Positions 28,764 to 41,900 of a stretch of DNA of 64,000 nucleotides are shown here, piece by piece (positions within the stretch are counted from its first letter, which is position 1; each line of letters starts with the position of its first letter). The DNA lies in contig CP075494.1 in the NCBI GenBank assembly GCA_021613535.1, positions 7,130,001 through 7,194,000 on the forward strand, given 5' to 3'. Origin of the DNA: Adineta vaga. Its lineage: Eukaryota; Animalia; Rotifera. Under the pieces are notes generated by a model. That model was not told the origin of the DNA. It worked only from the letters and a program-made list of their open reading frames with translations, and did no database searches. Made by a program: the position numbers and the translations under genes.

Positions 28764-29001
28764 CAGAGATGTCCATGGTAGAGGCAGCGACAACTTTTAG
28801 AAGAAAACGTTTTGAAAAACTCGTGATTTTACAGAAATTCTTCATTCAAAAGAAATCTAGGTTGTAAAACTTCACGAATTTGATTGGTTAAAGATGGTAG
28901 ATTCAGTTCAAACCGGTCACAGATCTAAAAATACAGAGATTTTGTTAAAGTACCATCGTGGCAGCGGCGTGGCAGACGTTTAACCGCGATGGATATCTCT
29001 G
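28764..29001. mobile_element. MITE-like non-autonomous DNA transposon, 238 bp
   Basis: Terminal inverted repeats CAGAGATGTCCATG and GATGGATATCTCTG (12/14). Flanks atatacgac and atacatgac (7/9, possible decayed TSD). Internal GGCAG repeats near both ends. Confidence 0.6.
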
Positions 29002-29579
29002 ATACATGACACACAGCATACATAAATTCCGTTCAATTAAATTTCCAGTTTATTTATCTTCTTTTACTATCTTTTAGTACAGGTATCGATTCTTCAGTTT
29101 GTTGTTTTATCCAAATGTATTTGGAAATTAATTTGATTCTTGTTGAAAATAGACAAACTAATAGAAAAATGGATATTTTTTATAAAACGTTTTTCAAAAT
29201 TAACTTTGAAAATAGTAATCCTGGACGTTGATGTATTCAGATGGAATCTGCAAATAACATCACTTTCAAATCACTATGTAGATTAATTATTAAAAGAATA
29301 TTTCTTAATTTTAGAAACAGAACCGTATCGATGAGATGGTAGCCAAATGAAGAAAAAATTTCAGTAAAATCGAGATGAAGAAAAAGTCATTCTGATAACC
29401 ATCAATCTTCAGTATTTATTTCATTTAAATAAGTAATGAGATCAATCTCTTCAATTGCCTTTTGTTTAACTAAATATTTAAATTTATACTATGTCTTTTA
29501 TTTTGATGCAGATTTTCTTTGAGACAAAAATTAAGAAAAAAAAATAATAATAAATCAAGTCATAGTTTTTTCCATTGCA

Positions 29580-31160
29580 AATGAAAATTTTTGACGTTCA
29601 CGATATAAAATATAATTTTTCAGTAAATTTTTCGAATTGATCATTTGCTGCATCAATTGTAAGAAAACAACATGCCGTAAAATTACGAATATTTTTTTCT
29701 TTAATTTTTGTCAAAATAAACTTAATAATTGGTTCAAAAATATCATTATCTATTATTTCTATTGCAAATGATTGTAAATGAGGAAATATCTGAAGGATAA
29801 AATCAATTCGATCGCGTGCACAGGTGTTCATAAGAGTTAATTTTGTTATTTTGTTGCTGTTTAAGAAGATCTTTAAAAAAATTTTATTTTCGTTCAACAT
29901 GAATAATTCGGATGGTGAACATAATGATGTTATTCGAATCATATTAACATTTTGCAATAATATTAAAATTTCAATAAATGTATTAGTTGACATTTGGTGA
30001 TAATCAATATCTAACCGATTTATATCTACCAGTTTCAATAAAGAATTCATTTTATTTATGAATATGTTATTTCCTGGTGCATATTGACTTTTTTCAATTT
30101 TAATATGAACATTTGGATGAGCACATTTCGAAGAACCAGTATCATAGTGAAATTCTTGAAAATCATAACACTTTTCACTGAAAAAATGGATAGAAATATT
30201 TTTTATATAAAAATAAAAACAACTGTATTGAAAATATACCTTGATGGTCGAATTAAATAGATTGATATCCATTTAGATAATTATTATCTGATCAATTAAT
30301 TGTAATTGTTAATGTTCTTAATTGAGAAAATAATTTAGAAAAAAATGCTTTAAATTCATCAAACATCAGACAGTTTGTTGTTATAGTTAAATGTATTAAA
30401 TTATTTAATTCTATTAATTCCTCTGATTTAATAACTTCTTGTTGAATGACATTAGAACAATATAAATGAGAAAGTTTAGGCGTATACGATACTAAACGAT
30501 TAAGTTCATTGAGAAAGACAGAATGACCAACAACTAAATATTCGATAGATGAAGACTGTTTGTTCACTAGTAGCAATTGGTATATTGAGATATGATTCTT
30601 GATAATCTAATATTCGTAATTTAAAATATTTTAATGATAAATGAAAAATGAGTTGATAAATCTGACCAAGATTATCATCGAAATTACCAAAATTAACAGT
30701 CAAAGAAGAAAGACATGGTAATGATTTAAAATAGAAAAGAAGTATGATAAATTGAAATGTAGACACTTCATTGAGAATAAATGATGAATTAATAGCGCAT
30801 AATTCGATGAATTGATCGAGAAAGAATTGATCCGAAAAATTTAATGAAATAATCCTATATTTGTTTCGATGAATAAATTGTTCATAACGATTTTTGATCA
30901 TTAAATTTATTTTGTGTAAAAATTCGATCTTTAGAACAACTATTGAATTTTTGAGAAGATTTTCAAAACGATTGTTTAAATTTGAAAATGCATAATAAAC
31001 ATCACAACCATCAAGATAACTAAACATTTCATATACGATTTCATTTGATAATAATTCAATTGAACTAAACAGTTGTCCTTACAGAAATAAATAAAAAATT
31101 TATTAAATTTATTAATTCTGTATAAACTTGCCACTCAGATTTACCTCATTCATATTCATT
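29580..31160 (-). pseudogene. F-box/LRR-like gene, pseudogene copy 2
   Basis: IELLSNEIVYEMFSYLDGCDVYYAFSNLNNRFENLL. Overlapping ORFs 30506-31027 and 30292-30576 show a frameshift, and a segment is deleted relative to copy 1. Same exon layout as copy 1. Confidence 0.75.
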
Positions 31161-31429
31161 TCACAATTAGATATCATCTATAAAAATAGAAAGATCAACC
31201 TTTAGAAGTTTATTAAGCAATTTGATTCTTTGCTATAATCATATAGAATGAATTTAAACTTTTGAACTTTTAAGTCCATAAAATACCTATTCTTCATGAA
31301 TACTTCAGAAATGGGACATCGATAGAGGACGCCTGATTTACGTTTTTTTAATATAATACGAACGGAAATGAGTGTTGAAATTTTGAGGGAAGAAGATTAA
31401 TCCTCATTCTGTCTTACAAACCGTGAGGG

Positions 31430-31905
31430 ATATGATAACGTGCTTTTATGATTTTTTAACATCATCAATAACAAATAATAAAGATACATATAATAATACA
31501 ATATCATGTACAATTGATAAAGGTACAACATATAAACCAGATGAATGAAAAGAAACAGGAGTTCCGACGTATATTGGTGATATATTTGAATTCGTTGCTG
31601 GTGCAATATTTCTTGATTGAAATAAATCATTTAATACAATATAAAAAATTTATTATTGTATGTTAAAACGATTTATTGAAAAATTTACAATTAAATAAGT
31701 ACCAAAATCACAAATACGTGAATTATTTGAACTTAAATCTGAAACTGTCAAATTCGAAAAACCTGAACCTTCACTTGATGGTCAAATACGTGTTACTATT
31801 AAAATAATTGGTAAAGGAAGTTTTAAAGGTGTTGGAAAAAATTATTAAATAGTAAAAAATACAGCAACAAAATGTGCTTTAAAAAACTTACATCGTCTTA
31901 ATTGA
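31430..31905 (+). pseudogene. Dicer C-terminal fragment (end of RNase IIIb plus dsRBD), pseudogene
   Basis: The frame from 31561 reads VPTYIGDIFEFVAGAIFLD*NKSFNTI*KIYYCMLKRFIEKFTIK*VPKSQIRELFELKSETVKFEKPEPSLDGQIRVTIKIIGKGSFKGVGKNY*IVKNTATKCALKNL. This is colinear with the animal Dicer C-terminus (VPKAMGDIFES.AGAIY.DS..VPRSPVRELLE..GKGKFKGVGRSYRIAK). Confidence 0.9.
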
Positions 31906-32099
31906 ATGAAAGATTGGCAATTTTTAATAAAAAACAAAAATCTATTTCTCAGACTCAGATATTTATTTTATTACAATGCAATAGATTAAATCTTTTTTGA
32001 CTTTAAAATAAAATAAAATAACGACGCAATTTATTAGTATTTTTAAAATTCGATTATTATTGTTTTTTTGTTTCCTTTCTAATAAAAGTGTTTTACATG

Positions 32100-32210
32100 T
32101 AGGGCTGCCATTTCGTAACGTCCCAAATGGGGTACGAAAAATTCCCGATGGAGTACATGAGAGGTACAATTTGTTTTGAAATGAGGTACATTGATGAAGT
32201 ACATGAGTTT
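32100..32210 (+). mobile_element. Possible hAT-like transposon end
   Basis: TAGGGCTGCCA start followed by several spaced (G/A)GTAC motifs. No partner end was seen. Confidence 0.3.
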
Positions 32211-33204
32211 TTTTCAAAATTAAAGCCGATACTGTGAAATATCATTGCAAGAATCGTCTCCTTTGGTGAAAAACGTCATATTTGCCTTTGGTTATACAAA
32301 AATAATCTACGCTATTCTCGTTTCGCTAATTACTGGTTCAGAAATAAAACGGTTTTCGAAAAAGATTCCTTCAATTATAAAATGAAAACTTTCCGTTAAA
32401 AACGACATGGGGTATGGAGACCAAGTGTTGTAAGTTTTTTTTACACGCCATATGATTCAAGATAGTCGAGATTGGAAGATATGATGAAAGAACTTCACAC
32501 GAGAGCTGACGTAGTTTTTATAGTGATCTAAAATTTATCAAAATTTTGTCATTTTCAATCGACTTTTATACAGAAGATTGCCATAGGGAAAAGTTGATAA
32601 AGTTTTTAGGATTCAGATCATTTCTCTCAAATGAGAACTTGTTCACAAACTGTTAGTAAACTTATACATCGTTCTGAATCTGCTCAGAAAAAAGTACTTT
32701 CTACATGTTGCATTACATACGCAGCTATACGGGTTAACGAAGAAAACGGAACGACTAAATATGAATAACGATAGAAGACATTGATTCTTTTTTTTCGTAA
32801 ATTAGAAAACGAATAAATAGTTTCATATGTCCATTTGAAGTTATTATTCTTATTACAGTAGCTAGAGAATATATTTATTCTAAGAGAAAACAAATTTGAT
32901 TTGAAATTGGCAATCATCTTGAATATTTTCTTCGAAAATGTCTTGTCTTTTTCGCGGACAAATTCCCATAAACAAACTAATCATTTTCTTGTCTTCATGA
33001 ATGTTTTTTTTTGTCATAAGAAAATTTAACGACCTTCAACTATGTAAAGAAGAGAAGAAGAGAAAAAATATAAGAGCATAGTATTTTTCATCCGACAAAA
33101 AAGTAACAAACAAAATAGAAAAAGAACGCTGAAGTAGAGGAAGAAAAATCAACTCCTTTATCCACGTTTTCATTATTTTATGTTGGAAAAAAGTGTAGGA
33201 TACT

Positions 33205-35220
33205 ATGTCAGCAGCATCAACTACACATAAATCAACCACTAAAAAACAATCACCTAAAAATGGTCTAACTCTTGCTTGGCTCGATGACAGTGCAGGAGAA
33301 GATTCCGAGGCGAAGACAATACTTCTTTCTCTTTTCGAACAAGTTTTCTGTTTTACTGAACCGTTAGCATGCTTCGAATTAGTTGAATCAGCTGAAGGTG
33401 AACCGTCTTGTCTATGTATTCTTGTTTCGGGTAGATATGGTCAGATGTATGTTCAAAATCGTTTTCAACCATTAAATCAAGTGAAATATATCTATGTTTA
33501 TTGTATGGATCTCGTCAAACATAAACAATGGGCACATTTATGTGATAAAGTTCGATGGGTTGATTCCGATTTTGGAAAAATATTACAACATATGCATCAA
33601 GATGTAATGAAACCTATAAAAGAAAACACTCACCACCATCATCCTCAACATCAAGAACATCAACAACCAATGGATGTTGAACATCTACAAGAACCAGAAC
33701 CGGAACCAGAACCATCACAAGAAGAATTGACTTCAAAACCACCAGAACGCTTTAAAGATGATAATAATATGTACGATGAACTTGCACATTGTATACTACT
33801 TCAACAGTCAGCGGATGATGATGGTGCTGATGATTTTAAAAAATATTGTCAAACATACAAAACATCTGCCGATGAAGGAACAGAACATCCATATTTTCAA
33901 GCAGACTTACCTCTTGAAAACTGGTATAAACCAGATCTATTCTATGTTCATTTAAATGCCATGAATCTTCCTCAATTATGGTCTTTACGTTGGTTTATTC
34001 GAATTTTTTACAAACAATTAATTGCTAAACACGATCATTTTATTCGAAATCAATCAAAATTTACTGTTTATTATGGAACATGGGTAACAACGAATGAATT
34101 TGATAAAATCAAACAACGTGTTGGAAAATTTATGATTTGTAATGAACTTCTACTAGCACATACAAGTAAACAAGAAGCAGTGAATTCTCTCGGTAGTAAA
34201 ACTAATGAACAAACAAAACATAAAATAATCTTCGAAATCAATGTTGATACATACACACAAATGACTATTCCTTATGGTGAAGTAGATAAAGATACTCTGT
34301 TATTCTGGTTTGGATCACGACATCGATTAGTGAAAATTGAATTTGTTGATGGAAATGATTCTTATTGGTTAGTTGGTCTAAAATTAAGTCCAACATTGAA
34401 TTCAAATCAATTAACTCAAACTTTATATGATTATTATTGCAAATCTTTAACAGAATTAAATGATATCCATTATGCATTGGGTAAAATTCTTATCTATAAA
34501 GGTTTATATTATCAAGCCGAAAAATGGTTTGAAAATACAACTCATTACGAAGAATTAGCCGAAGTAACTATACGTCAACATCTTTGTGAACAAGCATGTC
34601 AATATCTAGAGCATGTTCCTGAAGATTCCGATAATGGAAATCTATTACGTGCTTATGTTAATCTTTTAGTATCGAACGATAATATTACTAAAGGACGAAC
34701 ATTATTGATGCGAATCGGTAACGAGACAACAGATAAAATTGTACGAGCACGAGTAAATATTGCTCTTGGATTTATTAATTTAATTGTTTCTCAACAACTC
34801 GATCAAGCATTAGAACATTTTACATTAGGATATGACACATTACGAAAAAATTTACCAGAAATTCATCCGGATATTGCCAAATCATATATTGGAATTGGTT
34901 ATGCACATTTTGCCAAACATAATATCGGCGATGCGGAAAAAGCTTTTCGAACAGCTCTTCAAATACAAAATCAATATCTTCCATATCATCATCCTGATCT
35001 TGCTAAAAGTCGAATTGGTCTTGCACATTGTTTAGCAGCAAATCCACAAACAATGAAAGAAGCATTACAAGAACTTGGTGTTGCAACTAATATATTAATA
35101 CGAACATTTCGTCGAAATTTTAAAAGCCATCCACAAGTCTTACTTACAAGAAATGAAATCGAACGAGTACAAAAAGGAAAAGAATTACGTGCACGAAATA
35201 TATTATTAGATTATATTTAA
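33205..35220 (+). CDS. Intronless protein: N-terminal receiver-like domain, His/Glu-Pro linker, degenerate ADP-ribosyltransferase-like domain, TPR repeats
   Basis: 671 aa ORF: LAWLDD..ILVSGRYGQ..IYVYCMD..HKQWA, then LRWFIRIFYKQL..FTVYYG..IIFEINVD..LLFWFGSRHRL, then TPRs with HPDIAKSYIGIGYAH and HHPDLAKS. Confidence 0.75.
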   Translation: MSAASTTHKSTTKKQSPKNGLTLAWLDDSAGEDSEAKTILLSLFEQVFCFTEPLACFELVESAEGEPSCLCILVSGRYGQMYVQNRFQPLNQVKYIYVYCMDLVKHKQWAHLCDKVRWVDSDFGKILQHMHQDVMKPIKENTHHHHPQHQEHQQPMDVEHLQEPEPEPEPSQEELTSKPPERFKDDNNMYDELAHCILLQQSADDDGADDFKKYCQTYKTSADEGTEHPYFQADLPLENWYKPDLFYVHLNAMNLPQLWSLRWFIRIFYKQLIAKHDHFIRNQSKFTVYYGTWVTTNEFDKIKQRVGKFMICNELLLAHTSKQEAVNSLGSKTNEQTKHKIIFEINVDTYTQMTIPYGEVDKDTLLFWFGSRHRLVKIEFVDGNDSYWLVGLKLSPTLNSNQLTQTLYDYYCKSLTELNDIHYALGKILIYKGLYYQAEKWFENTTHYEELAEVTIRQHLCEQACQYLEHVPEDSDNGNLLRAYVNLLVSNDNITKGRTLLMRIGNETTDKIVRARVNIALGFINLIVSQQLDQALEHFTLGYDTLRKNLPEIHPDIAKSYIGIGYAHFAKHNIGDAEKAFRTALQIQNQYLPYHHPDLAKSRIGLAHCLAANPQTMKEALQELGVATNILIRTFRRNFKSHPQVLLTRNEIERVQKGKELRARNILLDYI

Positions 35221-35956
35221 TGATTAGTGATAAAAAACAACGTGTGATATATACACTATAGCATTAATGGAATAGCCATTATTTTAGATTGAACTTTAGT
35301 TTTTTAAATAAAGAATCATTTAATAATAAAATAACATATTTGTGTATGAGTTTCAATTCAGATTTTGAAAAGATCACGTCTCAGTTCGAAATCTAATTAT
35401 AAGAAGTAGATTCATTTGAAGTACCTATATAATAATCTAATTCAACGTGATTGGTTTCAGTACATCTATCTGACATAAATCTCATCAAAACTAAATCATT
35501 TACATGCAGTATCTGTCATAACAATACTTCTGTCCATGACAAATTTAAACTTGAGACGACTTTTATCGCTTGTTCATCAGCGACCTCTATTACTTTGTTA
35601 TAATTCGTTCTTAGTATAGAACGAATAACAAACAACCTGTGTGACCTAACTAATCAAACTGTTGGATTTTATTTTCTCGGGAGGTATTGTGTCGCCACTC
35701 GTTTGTATTACCGTAGATACATAAGTATATTCATAAGCGTGACGAATCGTTCTAATTATGATGTTGTTTATCAATTGCAAAATACAACAAGTTTTAATTT
35801 TTCTTTTCTCTTCTTTTTATTATTCATTCTCCGTATTTTTTCCTTCACTAAAAATGTATTCAGTCTTATTTACCTTTTTTTCTTTTATTTACTACAACAA
35901 TATTATTTTTAGTTTCTAAATAGTTTTGATTAGATAATAATGAATAATATTTGAAC

Positions 35957-38900
35957 ATGTCTGGACAATCACCCTATATGTCAGCAGCTCAATATGCTTA
36001 TCAGAATAACTATCCACAAGTAAAATTCATCAATATTTTCATTCCTTAATAAATATTTATTATTGATTATTTTTCTAGCGTGATGTTCGTTATAGTACTA
36101 ATCCAAATGTTGATGCATCGATGGTATTAAATCGTCGACCATCCTTACTTGCTGGTTATCATAATCATTTTACCAGTCCAGAACGTACTTCTATTGCACC
36201 ATATGTATTTCCATTGGGAGCACCTGTTTCAATGGGACCACATGTTGATGAACATTCAAAACGAACGCGATATCCTGGAACAATACCATTATCTATTGAT
36301 GTGAAAAAAGTAATATCTTGCTTGATTTCTTCTGTTCTTTTATCCCGGAAATAATCTCAAAAACTTTCTAGGAACAATCATTATATCAACCACAAACCGA
36401 AGCAATATCACCAATTCTTGATGAACCAAAAAATGATTCCAATTTGAGAGATACAACTATCATACGTAATTCAATATCAAAATTAGAGTCAGATATTGAA
36501 ATAACAATGAAAAAACTTCATCGAGCAAAACTTAGTCAAGTAAAATGAAATTGTTTATTTTATTGAAACCTTTCTCTTTTTTCTTTTAGAGTGAAATTAG
36601 AAGTCAAGCAGATCGATCTGCTGCTGATGAAGAAGAAAATGATAATCAAGATGATCTATTTAAAACAAATGGTTCACAAACATTAATTGAAAAAATTCTT
36701 CATGATAATAGAGTAAGATTTGTAATCTTATCAAATGAGAAATTGATAAGCGAGTATCTGACCTGAATCTACGTTTGTTTTCCTGTAGATAAGAAAGAAA
36801 GAATATGAAATAGTAATAAAAATATATAGAAAACTAATTTTAATTGACGATTTTGAACTTTTCTTCAGGCTGTCTAGTAGTTTAAAACGTGTTTATAATA
36901 AAGATTACGAAAAAGGACCGCAAAACACAATAATGAACATATTGATAAGTCAATCCGTACAAAAAAAGAACACTAATTATTGTTTATTCGTTCAGTAAAA
37001 ATTTTACTAGTTGACACTAACCTTCGTCACATATATTTTCCTAAGAGATATCTCAACTTGTAATAGAATACGTGATCTCACAGTGCATTATTTTCATATG
37101 ATTATTCGTTCCCTATAGAGAATTATTGGGAAATGCCTTCGAACTAAATTTTAGTATTTTTGTTTTCAGAGAAAAGCTGAAGATAGTCAAAAAGTTCTCA
37201 ATCAATTACATAATCATGTCGATTTAACCATTCCACTTTATCATGAACCAAGTGATCTTGAACCTATTGAAAGAATTCGTACACAGTATGAATAACATTT
37301 TTGTCTCAAAAATCTTATTCTTTATTCTCATGATTTAGATACATGAATGTCATGAAAAATCGTTTGATAAATTTATTTAAGAAAAGTCGCGAACGTTATA
37401 TGTGTCAAACAAAATTTGAGAGTGAAAAATATGATCAGGCTTATGAAGAATGGCAAAAATCGATTGAAAAGGATGAAAAATCTATTTTAGCTAAAGATAC
37501 TTCAACTTATCGTGAAATATTTGAAAAAACATTTCCAGAAATACGTAAAGCACGTGAAGATAAAGAGAAAAAACAATCATCACAAACATTAACAGAATCG
37601 TCTGTATCTTCGACTGATCAACAAATTCAATCAAATGCAAATACAAATGCATTGGAACAAGAACATGAAGTCGAAGAAGAAGATGAAAAAATGCGTAAAT
37701 CATCCATTATTCCACCGATTATGTACGATCGTTGGCAACGTAAACATCAATATTTTAATCAGAATAGTTTGATAAAAAGTGATGCAGCTGCATTCTACAA
37801 AGAACATACAAAAATGCCCTGTTGGACTCCGGAGGAGAAACAAGTTTTTATTGAAAAATTTACTCAAGCACCAAAAAATTTCGGTTATATATCATCATTT
37901 CTTGAAAACAAAACAACTGAACAATGTGTTCAATTCTACTATATGACGAAGAAGATCGAAAATTATAAGAATTTATTACGTAAACAAAGTCAAGCTAATA
38001 AGCGTCGAGCTAAACAAAATCCTACGACAACAACAACGACAACAGTAACATCATCGACAACGATTAAAACAACTTTAGTTACACGAGTTACATCGAATAC
38101 CATTGTTTCATCAACATCTCAACAACTTCTTGGCGCAAGACAAGTTTGTTTCGATTGAAAATCGTTGATTTCAAATACAAATATGATCTTTCTCTTTAGG
38201 ATGCTGAACGTTCTATTGATCGAATCGATAAGTAAGTTCATTATTTTGTTGTCAAATTAAGTTATTTTTCATGATCTTGCTTTTCTTTAGTGATGCTGAT
38301 CGACGTGATACAAGTACATTGAAAATCTTTATTTTGCTTATTTTTTAAGAAAAATCTCCTTGTTTTCTAGATTCCGGTGATACAAATGATGACAAACGTT
38401 TAAACAAGAAGTTCGTTATGTTTTTTCTTTGATCCAAAATAATTTTTTTTCCATTTGAATATTAGTCGTTGTCAATTTATATCTTGTACAACTGACAAAG
38501 GTGGCAAGAAGAAAAATCGTAAAACTCGTTTACGTGATTTTCCATCGAAATGGAATGAAATATCGAAAGAACAACGAGAAGAAATTCGCCGTTTATTACG
38601 TAAATAAACTTGTTTTTTTTGACGTTGGAGTGACAAAAACATAACCGATGTGATGTTTTTCTTTTAGAAATTCCTTCGGATGTTCAACGTTGTTGTCCAC
38701 GTTGTTATGAGAAATTAATTACTCAAGTGGGAGAACGGCATGCAAATCAAACTGCTGAAGATGATGATGAATCAACTTTGCCAGAAAATCCACATTCCAA
38801 AGATGAAGATGGTAATGAAAATTTGAAATTTATATGTTTTAATTTGATTTTCTTTTTTTCTAGAAAAATGGACTGAAGCAGAAATTGATGCATTTACACA

Positions 38901-41900
38901 AGCACTGGATAAATTTAATCATGATTGGCCACAAATTGCTGAATATGTTCATCGCAGTGAAGAAAGTTGTCGCGCATTTTATTTAAAACAACGTAAAACA
39001 ACGTCACCAATGGATGATCCGGTAAGAATATCTTTGTTGTTTGTTTTACAAATATATGTGTATTTTTAATATCAATTAGAATAATGATGATGACAATGGA
39101 AGTGTATCAGACTCAGAATTAGGACAAACAAAACAAGTTAATGATGATAATGGATCGAAAAATATGAACGAAGATAGTAATGATTCAACTCATGGAATGG
39201 TTATTGATGAAAATGAAGAACAATCATCAATAGCTGAAGAAAAGTTGCCTGCAAAATCAGGTCCGCCAACAACAAATTTTTCAACGATTACATCACTTGT
39301 AGAAAAAGAAATTTTCAAAACATTAAATGAAACAGAAAAACGTTTAGCAGCTAATAACAATACTAGTTCATCACCTGAACGACCAATGGTTAACAATAAT
39401 AATCTTAATAACAATCAACCACCTCCATTAGTGAATATGAAGAAGTCTCATTCACCAACAACACAGTATCAATATTCATCTCATCCTCCACAGTCATATT
39501 CACTTACAGGGTCAATTATGCGTGGAACACCCATATCATCATCAACACCAACGAATAAACCCATTGCTGTTGATATCACACCTCAACATTCTCATCATTA
39601 TAATAGCACAAGAAATGATTATTCACATCATAAATCACCAAAAATCTTAGATCGCAATAGTGAACAACAACAACAATTGCTTCATCAACAACATGCTTAT
39701 ATACGACAATATAATCAACAACAACAACAGCAACAGCAGCAACAATATTTACAACAGCAACAACAGCAACAACAACAACATAAGACTCAAACAAAAATCG
39801 AACTACCAAGTACAGATACATTTGAAACTTTGAAAGCAGACTATTTGACATCAAAATATCTCACAACAACTCATTCACCAAGTCATGAACGGTACATATA
39901 TTTTATGGTTTCTCTATTATTAAATATTTTAGACGACTTAATTGCATCGTTTGAGAAAATTTATATAAATATTTCATTATAGGCAACATCGTTCTGGTCT
40001 CGATCAGCGTTCACCCTCTCAACCATCCTCTGCAAGCAATCAACCATTACTTCCTCCACCTACAACCATTGGTCCTCCAACTGGTACTCCATCTGTTCCA
40101 TCTTTGCCACATTCCCATCATTCTCCACACCAAGCAACTCTTCTTGCTGCTTCTCAATTCCTTGCTTCAAATGGAGTCTATTCACCAGATATACTTGCTA
40201 GTGGCCTTCTTCCATATTCATCTTATTATGGTTCATTACCACCAGGTAGTTCACCATTCATGTTTGATCCACGTCTTATGCATGAATACGCTGCTGCTGC
40301 AGCTAACAACGAACAATTGAAAGGTGTGTATAAAAATAAAACATCTATATGAAGTTTTAAAACCACTCTGTTTCTTTAGCTGAACAACATAAAGCTGCAA
40401 TGCGTTTTAGTCGTCATCATCATCACCATCAAGCACCTGGTGTACCTGGACATTCTCCACCAGCGCCATCTTATCCATCGCATTCATCGAAACGACATTC
40501 ACATGACTTAGGTTATCCGTCAAATGAATATCCATCAACAATTTGGCGTGCACAGAATATGGCAAATCCTCAACAAGTTCATTCTCAAATGAAACATAAT
40601 CCTAATACAAATGAGAATCCTTTAATGAAACATGGTGATCTATCTCGACATACAGTAACACATGTTCCCGAAGGAAATAGTCGGTAAGTGACTAATAAAT
40701 CGAATTATTGTTCAAAAAAAGCGAAGTACGCCCTTTTTTCTCTCTCAAAAAGATTATTGTGAACTTATATTTGCACATTGTTCGATAAAACTCTTTTCTA
40801 TTTATTATGAATAGATCACCAGACGATTATCATCATCGTATGAATCAATCACGTACAGCAGTGGAAAGTCCATCAATGCATTTTCAACGCGTAGAAGCAC
40901 ATAATCATCACGTAAGAATCTAATCTGATATTTAGAAAAAAAGCATTACTAGGATAATTTTTTATACTTATAGAAATCTTCTTATGAAAAATCTAATCCA
41001 AATTTACATTATCCTGATCATTCCAACGATGGAAATCCATCGAATTATATGAGACACCCAAGTAATGTTCATAAATCTCAGACAAATCATCATTCTCCCC
41101 ATCGTCATCATCATCTTGCTCCTCCTCATCAACAACAACAACAACAACAGCAGCAGCAGCAACAACAGCATCATCACAGTGCAAGTTTAAGTGCTCGAAC
41201 ATTAGCTCTACCATTACCGAACTCACAAATTTCTCCTCAACATGCTGTTTATTTAATGCATGGCCATCATCATTCACCCGCTGATACCCCACCATCTCAA
41301 CGACCACAACAAAAATCTCCTCATCAGCATCATCAATCACATTACGGTCAACAACAACAACAACAGCAACAGCATCATCAACGAACAACACATCATAGTG
41401 AATCTGCAAAAAATTCCAAAGAATCGATGTCTATTCAAGAATTTATCAATAAAAATGTCAATGAATTTGTTAGTTCAAAAAGTAAGCTAATGATTACACA
41501 CTCGTCTTGTTGTTTTTCTTTCTCACTGTATTCCTTATTATCAAAAAAAGTCATCGTGACCTGAACAAGATGAGTACCTAAAAATACCGAAATTTCGTCG
41601 AATAAGCATTCATTAATTGACAAAGGCATCCTCGCTCGATTATATTGCTTGATACATACGTTTTTTTACATCGTAAGGTTACTAACTCTTTCTATTAAAT
41701 AATGACTTTATATTCATATGAAATTTATTTTGATATTAAAGATTTTCGACCATAATTTAATCAGTATTTTATACTGGTAACAATAGTGTTAGAATTTTCT
41801 ATATATTCATAATTTATTCACAATTATTGTTTCTGATTTCTGAATTCAAAGTAATGTCGCGTATATAAATCTAGGAAATGGAATTTTTCTAATTGAAACA

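Noticed and set aside
25636-31905. Alternative genetic code or stop readthrough to explain in-frame stops
   Set aside because: All three stop codons terminate intact genes in this window, and most relics also carry frameshifts or deletions.
39576-41629. Val/Asp-rich antisense ORFs and other shadow ORFs (e.g. 1183-1563, 2594-2872, 44200-44550)
   Set aside because: They are antisense or alternate-frame shadows of polyQ/His/Ser coding exons.
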